Part shown: piece by piece, positions 41,460 to 52,358 of the stretch
Position numbering within the stretch: the first letter of the stretch is position 1
How the letters are laid out: every line of letters starts with the position of its first letter
Assembly (NCBI GenBank): GCA_951406725.2
Contig: OX597814.1
Span: 37,882,001 to 37,946,000, forward strand
DNA length: 64,000 nt
Direction of reading: 5' to 3'
From: Octopus vulgaris
Lineage: Eukaryota
The notes under the pieces: model-generated
The model's database searches: none
Told to the model about the DNA's origin: nothing
What the model saw: only the letters and a program-made list of their open reading frames with translations
Position numbers and translations under genes: made by a program

Positions 41460-42300
41460 AAAATCAAAGTAGAAAATGCTAAAATAATTATATAAGGAAC
41501 ATTTCAGTGCCGGTTTCGGTGATTGAGACTTGTTGAACTGTAACTTTGGAAAACATAACATTTTGGAAAAATGAAATGAAAAGTACTCTTAAAAGAATAT
41601 TTGCATATTATTCAAATACACGGGGCATTTTCCTTGTTTCTGCCTGCCTATGTCTCTCTCGTTTATTCTTGTGGGTTCGAGGTTTTTTTGAATTCTTGGC
41701 AAAGAAGAAGGAGGAGAAGAAGAAGAAGAAGAAGTAGAAGAAGAAGAAGAAGTCGAAGAAAAAGAAGAAGAAGAAGAAGAAGAATGCGGGAGACCTACGA
41801 TAATAGTAGAATCTTAAATGGTCAAGTGCCCTGTAAGTGATTTGTTGGGGATGGTAGAAGTGATTGAATTCTTGAGATATCTTTTTTGAATGGAGTGTTT
41901 ATAACATTTGCGTAGGTGTTTTTCTAAACAGCAATCATAATAAAGTAAGGAAGGAGGTGGCTGAGAGAAAGAAGAAAACGAAAAAGGAGAAGGAGAAGAG
42001 AAAGAATAATAAAAGATTGCGTGATGGTATGATAGTAGTAGGATGTTAAATAGTCAACTGATATAAAAGTGACTCCTTGTGGTTTATAGCAGTGATTGAG
42101 ACTGTTTTTAATGAATGCTTGGGTACTTATTTTGAATGTATAATTTTCAATATTTGCGTGTCGGTTATTCTAAGATCATGGTACACATGTTTTTTGTTGT
42201 AGTTGCGTTGAAAAGGGTCTCTATTTTGTTATGAAGAGGGACTCTTCACTTATTCGTTGGCTACTGGTTGTATCGTCCCTGAATTGATAGAGGGCAACAT
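41455..42300 (-). mobile_element. Penelope-like element 3' end (same family as 43738-45300), diverged
   Basis: LYQFRDDTTSSQRISEESLFITK matches LYQFRDDTTSRQRISKENLFITK at ~44392-44460. Shares the (TTC)n-rich UTR and the terminal GAAACCGG..CTGAAATGTTC..TATTTTAGCATTTTCTA. Confidence 0.8.
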
Positions 42301-42447
42301 TCAATAATAGCAGCGATTTATATGCATGTTTATATATATGAATACATACATGCAATTCATACATACATATATACATATATACATACATATATATACATAT
42401 ATACATACATATATATACATATATTTATATTTATATATATATATTTA

Positions 42448-42479
<32 letters not shown>

Positions 42480-42489
42480 ATGCCTCGAG

Positions 42490-43065
42490 TATCCTGGGGC
42501 ACCATGGATTTGCTTCAATGTTATTACTGAGAGCCTAGAGAGTTTGATGTATCTGTCCTCATTTACACCTTCTATCCGTAAGAAGATTCTTTTGGGACTC
42601 TCGACAAGAAATTATCCAATTTTTGTTTGAAAACACCCACATTCACTTTCTGTAGTTCTTTCAGGTTGTTTGAGATAATATTCAAAAGCCGTGGTCCCTT
42701 GAAACACATGCGTTTGCAGTCACTGGTTATGAAACGCGTCGGCTGTTTTGGGATCTTTGGCACTGGGCAGTGGTGACATGATCTGGTATTTGTGTAGCTT
42801 CTAATGCCAAAATTTGGTAAATCCCTTCCTGAACATTCCAAACGTATAGTACTGAATATCTCTCCAACCTCTGCTCCAGGAGGTAGAGTCTTAGCTGTTT
42901 CAGCCCTTCCACGTAGCCTGACCTGTTGCAATGAGACGTTAATCTTTATGTAGATTGGCTAGAGTGTTTCAACAACCGCTGTAAATTTTACACTGTGAGG
43001 TGACCATAGTTGGGAGCAGTAGTCAAGTGGCCTGAACAAAACCCTCCGCCAGAGTACCATCATCG
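42490..43065 (-). mobile_element. CR1-clade LINE 3' fragment
   Basis: LDYCSQLWSP, LEQRLERYSVLYVW, FKGPRLLN, FKQKLDNFLSRVP. Confidence 0.75.
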
Positions 43066-43289
43066 TCCGATTAAAAAGTAACCAAACTATTGCCATAGTA
43101 CTGAAGCTAAAGCACAGAAGAGAATTACCTTTAACTATGTTTTAATGCTCTAACTCACTGCTAGCGTTTATAGCAGTGCTTGGAGCGAACGTGTGTAACG
43201 TGTGATCGTCACATTAACAATAGCAACGTTAAGCAAGAAATCTACACCGGATTTTGCCAAAACATTTGCGATACGTGCTCAGTGGCGTA

Positions 43290-43720
43290 CGAAAAGTTTT
43301 CAAAGAGTGTTCGTCGTTCTGGACAGGGTCATGGATAACTTGTGCGACTGAAACTCTAGTGTTTGTTCGTAAGCTATAAGCAGTTTGGATACAAACGTAG
43401 CAGATACGCTTGTCATTCCAAAATCTTCATTCGTAATGAACAGAAATGTATCGTAACTAATCGGCACATCCTCCGGTAAATCGCAGATGGTGATTCAACT
43501 GAATTTCCCTCACAGCTGCACGCACATCTGCGATATTTTTTTCATTTCTACTGGTTTCGGTTCTCCCAGAACGTTCGTTAATATCGATATTTTTTCGGGC
43601 ATGTTGGAAACGCCAGAACCACGAGTATCATTGTGTGGGGCATATACACTCTTCATCATAAGCTTTCTGAAACTTTGTGTAGACCACTGAACCGGTATCG
43701 CTATGACAACTTCCTCTATC
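43290..43720 (-). mobile_element. Mariner transposase N-terminal remnant
   Basis: Across frameshifts: VYTKFQKAYDEEC, WFWRFQHARKNIDINERSGRTETSRNEKNIADVRAAVRE, EDFGMTSVSATFVSKLL (WVP-linker region). Confidence 0.75.
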
Positions 43721-43737
43721 ATAATATACTCAACGAT

Positions 43738-45300
43738 CACACGACTACAAGAACTAAAAGATACCCTAATCACCAGGAACTATCCACCTTCACTTATTGA
43801 CAAGTGCATTCAACGTGCCCTTCAACTTAACATCAAGGAACTGAGACATCCCAAATCAAAGAAAAACTTACAACCAAAAGCCTTACCATACATCTCCACA
43901 CACAACCCTCTCAATAACGAAGCCTTCGACACCATCCTCCACAACATACCCCTCCTAAAAAAAGACCACAGAATGAACACAATCCTCCAAACACACACGA
44001 TCATAAAAAGCAAAAGACAGCCTAGATCCATGAAAAGTCTCCTTACACAAGCCCGAATTCACTCTTCAACACAGAAGCCGACAGTAAAAAAATGTGGAAG
44101 ACCCAATTGCGGGATATGCGACTATCTAATTGAGGGATCAGAGTTCTCCTTCAAACAGGGACAACGGTTTACAGTGAAAAGCAACTTCACATGTGCTTCG
44201 GAGAACCTAATATACTCACTAACCTGCTCAGGGTGTCAAGAGCAGTACATAGGCCAAACAAAAAATGGTTTGCGTAAACGAATGGCCCTGCACAGATCCC
44301 AGATAAAAATTCCCCAAAACAGAAAATAGCTTTTAGCCAACACATAGATACTTGCGCCAACAAAAAAACACAAAACTTCAGAATTTTCCCCCTCTACCAA
44401 TTTAGGGACGATACAACCTCGAGACAACGAATAAGTAAAGAAAATCTTTTTATTACAAAATACAAGCCACTTCTTAACGGGTCTACGACAAACAATTAAT
44501 ATACCTCAACTTTAGAATAAAAGAAAAATATATATACACACACAAATATTACACTCCATAGAATCCATTACTAATCAGCCCCTTCATAGCTATACTTACA
44601 CCCTTTCATATTCTCCCTTCTCTGTTTTTTTCTTCTTCTTCTTCTTCCTCTTCTTCTTCATTATCATCATTATCGTCATCATCGTCGTCATCATCATCAC
44701 CACCATCATCACCACCATCTTCTCCTTCTCCTCCTTCTTCTTCTTCTTCTTCTTCTTCATCATCATCATTATCATCATCATCGTCGTCATAATCATCACC
44801 ACCATCGCCATCATCTTCTCCTTCTCCTTCTTCTTCTTCTTCTTCTTCTTCTACTTCTCCACCCTTACCCCTTAACTTTGTCACTAATGTTTTTTAGTAT
44901 AACACCTACGCTAATTCTATAAACAAGCCTGTCAATATACATATTCTCCTGAATTGAACTGAGACTGCCAGCCGCCACTGACCATTCAAAATACGACCAT
45001 CAGGGCACTCCCAGATTCTCCCAACCCCCTTTCCTCACCAGCCTTCTTCCTCTACTACCCTACCAAGAACTCACAACGACCTCCAACACTCAAGTGCAAA
45101 CAAGGGAGTCAGAGAAAGGCAGAATGCCACTTAAATCTGAACACTACTATAGAAATATTCTTTTAAAAAAAATTTTTTCTAATTTTTCTAAATTTAATTA
45201 TTTAATCGTTACAGTTGAAAAGGTCTCAAAATGAACGAAACCGGTACTGAAATGTTCATTATAAAATTATTTTAGCATTTTCTATTTTTGACTTGTTTTT
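43738..45300 (+). mobile_element. 5'-truncated Penelope-like element (Neptune-like) with GIY-YIG endonuclease and pLTR
   Basis: ORF 43703-44329: RNYPPSLI, CGRPNCGICDY, FTCASENLIYSLTCSGCQEQYIGQT..LRKRMALHR. Disrupted C-terminus ending KYKPLLN; 3' UTR with a hammerhead. Confidence 0.9.
45207..45254 (+). ncRNA. Minimal hammerhead motif, U3-A8 core variant, in PLE pLTR
   Basis: CGTTACAG-TTGAAAA-GGTC..GAAC-GAAA-CCGG-TA-CTGAAATG. Palindromic stem III ACCGGT, GUA triplet, one mismatch each in stems I and II. Confidence 0.6.
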
Positions 45301-45338
45301 TCATATATATCAACTCGTGTGTTCCTTTTCACCCTTAT

Positions 45339-45403
<65 letters not shown>

Positions 45404-46157
45404 CATACATATGCATAGGTGGCTACAGGTCTTCACCAAAAGTATACAACATGAAATACAAAAACAAATGAGTTAAATACGCAAAGGACGAGAGAATCAA
45501 ATGAAAAATAGAACAAGTGACGTAAATAACGACCCTTCAGCAGTTGTCGATTCTCAATCTATTCATCATTTCATGCATTGAAATATGAGTCTGAGAGGAC
45601 ACCTGCTCCCATAAGTAACAAAAGGAAGTTTGGGACTTGTAGAGATTCAAAGTTGGGAACAAAAAAAGACAGTGGAGACATTGGAAACCGAACGAAAACG
45701 AATGTAAAATAGCGAGAAAATAAGAGAAAACAGAGAATTGAGAAATAATATATCTCCAGTCCTTATGACAGCCAGGATAGAAAACAATGATTATGTGCAG
45801 AACAGAAAATGGACGATGGTCACTTTTGAGCAACGGGTAAGAGTAAAGGAAACAGAGGGGAGAGGGACACAAATGGAAAACAGTGAAGGGGAGGGAAATG
45901 GGAATTAGAGAAAGGATTGAGAGAAAATGATAGGGTACGAAAGAGGTGTAGAGTCGCATCAAAAAGATTAAGGTAAACTTACGTGGAAATGAATGCGTGT
46001 CGTTCGATCAAATAATAATATAAATAATATACATATACATTTGAAGAAAGCAAGGGTAGAACTACGGCTTTTTGATTAGGTAGAGGTCTTGCTAGCCACC
46101 TCATTATTTCAGCTTTTAACAGTAATAATTCTTCACATATTTACATTTTTGTGAGTG

Positions 46158-46194
<37 letters not shown>

Positions 46195-46310
46195 GTGTGT
46201 GTGTGTGAGTATATCTAAATAATTATATATGCATAGACATACATGTAAATATATAAGCACATATATATTTATATATCTATCTGTATCTATCTATCTATCT
46301 ATCTAGCGAG

Positions 46311-46362
<52 letters not shown>

Positions 46363-46435
46363 AATGTGACCACGTGTGTACCGTTGACAATTTTTTTCCT
46401 CCGTCTTCCCTTCTTTGGATCTTTCCTTTTCTTAT

Positions 46436-46470
46436 GTTTCTGACGAAGAGCTCCGCTCGAAACGTTGAAC
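46436..46470 (+). ncRNA. Minimal type I hammerhead motif
   Basis: GTTT-CTGACGA-a-GAGC-tcc-GCTC-GAAA-CG-TT-GAAC, with palindromic stem III AACGTT, in a ~210-bp (TA)n-flanked element. Confidence 0.75.
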
Positions 46471-46572
46471 TAGATTTTTTCCTTTCTTCCTGAGCGTCCA
46501 ATAATACTATTTTTGTTACACGTCCTCGCGTTGTTGTGTTTTCTCTTTGTGTTTTCATGTTTGGATTAACTT

Positions 46573-46660
<88 letters not shown>

Positions 46661-46662
<2 letters not shown>

Positions 46663-47055
46663 CGCAGGAGTGGCTGTGTGGTAAGTATCTTTCTTACCAA
46701 CCACATGGTTCGGGGTTCAGTCCCACTGCATGGCATGTTGGACAAGTGTCTTCTGCTATATACTCGGGCCGAGTGGATTTGGTAGACGGAAACTGAAAGA
46801 AGCCTGTCGTATATATATATATGTATTTGTGTGAATGTTTGTGTGTCTGTGTGTGTCCCCCTAGCATTGCTTGACAACCGATGCTGGTTTGTTTACGTCC
46901 CCGTCACTTAGCGGTTCGGCAAAAGAGACCGATAGAATAAGTACTGGGCTTACAAAGATTAAGTCCCGGGGTCGATTTGCTCGACTAAAGGCGGTGCTCA
47001 AGCATGGCCGCAGTCAAATGACTGAAACAAGTAAAAGAGTAAAAAAAAAGAGTAA
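46661..47055 (+). mobile_element. Near full-length OK-like tRNA-derived SINE
   Basis: Head GGCGCAGGAGTGGCTGTGTGGTAAG, B-box-like GGTTCAGTCCC, internal (TA)/(TG) tract, tail shared with 7126-7266. Confidence 0.9.
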
Positions 47056-47443
47056 AGATTATATATACATGCATAATCAGGAATGGAGAAACACTTAGTT
47101 CATCAAAGAAAACAACTGGACCATATCTAAAGCTTATTATTCATTTCATTACATGATATAACAATTACGTGACGTTATATTTATGTTTCATAGAGGTTAT
47201 GTCATGTTTTGTATTAAAGAATAAGCTTTAGAAGTGGTCCAACTTTCTCATTTCTTTTTCTTCATTTCATAATTATTTATATTTGATTCCTCTTGTTACC
47301 GGTATTCTAAGAGTACATCGAGCCTGAATACCAAGGCCTTGAAAATACACGGGTAACTTACATCGATAGTATATACGGATAGGTTATCCCTTCGTCGGTT
47401 ATGATAAACGCCAATTCTACTTCTCTCTCTCTCTCTCTCTCTC

Positions 47444-47518
<75 letters not shown>

Positions 47519-47748
47519 ATATAATTAATCAATATAGGGTGGCAAAAAAATTTTGTAGAATTCTTTTGCTACCAGCGGCCTAGTAGGAAAAAATTAAATA
47601 GTCATAGACCATTTTTACGTTCAACATCACAATCAAGGAACGGCCATAATAGGCCATTCACCCACTAGAAATAACAGCCAAAAGCTTTAACCGCAAAATA
47701 ACATTAATACCGTAAACCAGGAGAAAATTGAAAAACTTTTACCCTGTA

Positions 47749-47855
47749 ATTTCTTAGACGATGCACCGTTTCATCTACCGTTTAATGGTAAACTAACCTG
47801 ATTAAATTAAATCAAGCCAATCCACCATAGGCCCTTAGACTCATCAGTAAGAAAT
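47749..47855 (-). ncRNA. Type I hammerhead ribozyme, copy 1
   Basis: Reverse complement of the motif at 48414-48520. Confidence 0.85.
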
Positions 47856-48413
47856 AGCCAAATCGGAACAGATATTTTTCACGAGGCATTCCTCTTGCTA
47901 CCTCGGCAATATCTGACCTAAAATTTTCAAATCGTCGCACTCGCGCCAAATTTATCGGCAGCAAATAAATATAAGCCACCGATTCCTTTACGGAACTAAC
48001 CAGAAAATTCATAATTAATCAATATAGGGTGGCAAAAAAATTGTGTAGAATTCTTTTGCTACCAGCGGCCTAGTAGGAAAAAATTAAATAGTCATAAACC
48101 ATTTTTACGTTCAACATCACAATCAAGGAACGGCCATAATAGGCCATTCACCCACTAGAAATAACAGCCAAAAGCTTTAACCGCAAAATAACATTAATAC
48201 CGTAAACCAGGAGAAAATTGAAAAACTTTTACCCTGCCACCCTATATTGATTAATTATGAATTTTCTGGTTAGTTCCGTAAAGGAATCGGTGCCTTATAT
48301 TTATTTGCTGCCGATAAATTTAGCGCGAGTGCGACGATTTGAAAATTTTAGGTCAGATATTGCCGAGGTAGCAAGAGGAATGCCTCGTGAAAAATATCTG
48401 TTCCGATTTGGCT

Positions 48414-48520
48414 ATTTCTTACTGATGAGTCTAAGGGCCTATGGTGGATTGGCTTGATTTAATTTAATCAGGTTAGTTTACCATTAAACGGTAGATGAAA
48501 CGGTGCATCGTCTAAGAAAT
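48414..48520 (+). ncRNA. Type I hammerhead ribozyme, copy 2
   Basis: Stem I ATTTCTTA/TAAGAAAT; CTGATGA; stem II GTCTA/TAGAT plus extension; GAAA; stem III ACGGTGCATCGT; GUC cleavage predicted after 48512. Confidence 0.85.
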
Positions 48521-48903
48521 TACAGGGTAAAAGTTTTTCAATTTTCTCCTGGTTTACGGTATTAATGTTATTTTGCGGTTAAAGCTTTTGGCTGTTATTT
48601 CTAGTGGGTGAATGGCCTATTATGGCCGTTCCTTGATTGTGATGTTGAACGTAAAAATGGTTTATGACTATTTAATTTTTTCCTACTAGGCCGCTGGTAG
48701 CAAAAGAATTCTACAAAATTTTTTTGCCACCCTATATTGATTAATTATGAATTTTCTGGTTAGTTCCGTAAAGGAATCGGTGGCTTATATTTATTTGCTG
48801 CCGATAAATTTGGCGCGAGTGCGACGATTTGAAAATTTTAGGTCAGATATTGCCGAGGTAGCAAGAGGAATGCCTCGTGAAAAATATCTGTTCCGATTTG
48901 GCT

Positions 48904-49010
48904 ATTTCTTACTGATGAGTCTAAGGGCATATGGTTGATTGGCTTGATTTAATTTAATCAGGTTAGTTTACCATTAAACGGTAGATGAAACGGTGCATCG
49001 TCTAAGAAAT
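48904..49010 (+). ncRNA. Type I hammerhead ribozyme, copy 3
   Basis: Same motif 490 bp downstream with two substitutions in the stem II extension. Cleavage predicted after 49002. Confidence 0.85.
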
Positions 49011-49135
49011 TACAGGGTAAAAGTTTTTCAATTTTCTCCTGGTTTACGGTATTAATGTTATTTTGCGGTTAAAGCTTTTGGCTGTTATTTCTAGTGGGTG
49101 AATGGCCTATTATGGCCGTTCCTTGATTGTGATGT

Positions 49136-49228
<93 letters not shown>

Positions 49229-49229
49229 A

Positions 49230-49280
<51 letters not shown>

Positions 49281-49356
49281 TGTAAAAAATGAAGTTCGAA
49301 AATGCTGCTGTATTATACAATTTTTAATTTTCATATATACATTATAACATGTTTCA

Positions 49357-49451
<95 letters not shown>

Positions 49452-50189
49452 ATATGCATACTTATTCATACTTATTTTCGTGTTTCGTTTATCGATTAAT
49501 GTCTTTGATTCTGAAGTGTTTACATATAAATAGCGAGATGATGAGAAGTCTTGTTTTGAAGGAAGACTAAAGGACAACAGTAAAACAATCTTCAGTTTCA
49601 CAAGGATATTCCAGTAACGTATAATTACATCATGCTAAAGTCCAAGTCACCAAGTCAGTTATGTACGATGTGAAGACAAAACTTCATTTTCTACATTGCT
49701 ACACCCATCGAATATCTTTCTAACTCTCATAAGCAATACTTCCGTACTTCATAAATTGTACAACAAGTCAGATAACGCAGAAAGCTCTTTTTCATTAACG
49801 TCAACGACGACCAGAAACAGACAAAAATGACTAATTATATAAATAAAATATTTTGAAACGCCCAAACACGTTCTACACATATAATATTTCAAAAGTTTAT
49901 ATTGGAAACAGGTGTTCATGAATAAAGAATAATAGAGCAATTAAGATATTCAATGTCAAAATTATCAAAATCATCAGCAGTGATGGAAAATAAAATGAGA
50001 TTATGTGTCAACGTTGTTTCATTCTTAGGTATACTAATAAAACCGATATTAAATAACGAGACATTGGGTACATATACACACACAAACACGCATATATATT
50101 TATATATATATATATATATATATGCATATACAAACACATATACATATGTATTTATAAATGTGTGTATGAATGTATGGAGATGAATAGAG

Positions 50190-50620
50190 ACATAACTTCG
50201 CCATCACTAGTGACCACCCCAAACACCATGATGCTGTCTGCTTCTTTGATTTCTATCACTCTCGGTATGTTTTAGAGACACGGCAAGCCAACATTCGTTC
50301 TGTGTGTTCAGCATCTGATCCTTGCAGAAAATCTTTGCGTCAGAGAACAACCAAGAATGTTCGGTCGGAGAGGATGCGTGGATTAGTTCAAAATCTGCTT
50401 AGCTCGGTCTTTCGTCTTGTCCTTGAAGGCTTTGGATAAGAATAGGCCCTTTCTCATTTCGTATGGGAAATACCGAATGTTTTCATGCACTACCTGCTGA
50501 TAACAAAACCTAGACACTCATGATTGTTTGAGATTTTTTGAGGGTTTGTTTCCAGCAGCTTAAGCTGTGAAACCTAGAGTTATTGCTCTTTTCTGGAAAC
50601 ATCTGTATATTTTTGTTAGC
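50190..50620 (-). mobile_element. Tc1/mariner-superfamily transposase fragment (maT/DD37D-like)
   Basis: Minus strand QVVHENIRYFPYEMRKGLFLSKAFKDKTKDRA, WLFSDAKIFCKDQMLNTQNECWLAVS, IMVFGVVTSDGEV. Confidence 0.7.
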
Positions 50621-51892
50621 GTGTTTACTTGCGAGCGTGCATGTCTGTAATTTAAACAGCTAGAGCGGTGCTTAATCAGAAAATACTTCAAAAGTAAGGT
50701 ACCGTTATAATGTGAATACAAACGGAATGAAACAAGTTTTGCGCTAATACGTCCGCGGGTTCCCGAGAAAAGTTTTGCGGTTCCGGAGATACGCCGTTTG
50801 TTCGGGTACTTTTATAAATAGCGAAGCCGTTACATAATGGGAAAATACTCTGAAAGTAAGGCACCATTGAAATGTGAATACAAAAGGGTTCCCGGTTTCC
50901 AAAGTGTCACGTATAGTATACGAAACACCAATACATATCAAGAGGGCAGTATATCATTTATTCATTTTTTTGCGTTTACATAAGATACTCAAAGGTGGCT
51001 AGCAACAATTAGTATTAACAAAACAAAAATGCATAAAAATTCGTCTCAATTTTATATGATTATTTTCTATTATTTCTCAAAACTGTTTTCTTATAATACC
51101 AAAAACGCAAATGCAAATTTGGTAATATAAGTGCAAAAAGAAAAAAAAATAAATGCATACAGTTTACTTGGAAATAATTTACTTCTATAATAAAGATAAT
51201 AATAAACTTAACATAACGATAATATATTCAACAGCGCAAACACTAAAAGGTGGAAATGAAATAAAATTGGGTACGAAAGCATACATGAGGATACATACAT
51301 ACATACATACATACATACATACATACATTCATTCATACATACCCACACTTATACATAGTGTGTACGAGCACGTACAATTATATCTTGTATGTCCAATATG
51401 CTTGAGTGTGATTTTGTACTCATTGTAATAAGCTGATATTTAGAGGGATTACAATATTGAGTGCAATGCCTTCTTTATGAAATGTAGTGTAAATAATCAC
51501 TACCAAACCACACAATAGTAAAATGGCTTGCAACAGAATTAGATTTGGCAAAGGATAAAGCATTTAGGCTTTCCACTTTGAAAATTAATTGCGATGAGCT
51601 TAAAAACGCGCAAATTATAACAGTGTTTCCAGGTATACAAATGTCAGATGTTGTACATGTGAATTTAAGATAAATTCATATCATACATTGCCAAATTGCA
51701 GCAATTCAATAGGTGTAATTTTTAACAAAATATATCTGTCTTTGTTTATATGAAAAGAAGAAAAATAGATATTAAATAATATATCTTATAATGATGATAT
51801 GTGCATATTCAATTAATAGATATATTTTGTGAATTTTATATTTTTTATAATAATTATTGTTATTCTAGGCTTCAGGAATGCATGTATATATA

Positions 51893-51976
<84 letters not shown>

Positions 51977-52135
51977 TATATACATTCATGCATAATACAC
52001 ACGTAATCAAGCTCATACATATGCATATATTATTATACATATATAAGTATATGTGTATACCTTTATGAACACTCACATATACAGCAGAAGTATAACTCCT
52101 TTACGTACATGCGTAAGTATACACACACATATGTT

Positions 52136-52140
<5 letters not shown>

Positions 52141-52206
<66 letters not shown>

Positions 52207-52272
52207 ATTGATAGATAGATAGATAGATAGATAGATGGATAGATGGATGGATGGATGGATGGATAGACAGAC

Positions 52273-52341
<69 letters not shown>

Positions 52342-52358
52342 TAGATAGATAGATAGAT
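52141..52358. repeat. (TA)/(GA)/(TAGA)/(TGGA) compound microsatellite
   Basis: Directly visible. Confidence 0.95.

Larger units (their letters stand above)
47521..49138. repeat. Tandem-plus-inverted array of a 490-bp hammerhead-containing unit (retrozyme-like / non-autonomous PLE)
   Basis: Minus-sense copies 47521-48010 and 48011-48236 (partial); plus-sense copies 48236-48725 and 48726-49138 (partial). Only a handful of substitutions between copies; (TA)n on both sides. Confidence 0.92.

Noticed and set aside
47340-47405. Minus-strand CCGACGA-aGGGATAAC...GTTACCC
   Set aside because: The core is mutated and no GAAA follows the stem.
47521-49138. CRISPR array or protein-coding gene triplication
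   Set aside because: The units are 490-bp near-identical repeats with no unique spacers in a eukaryotic context, and the repeated ORF follows from the duplication.
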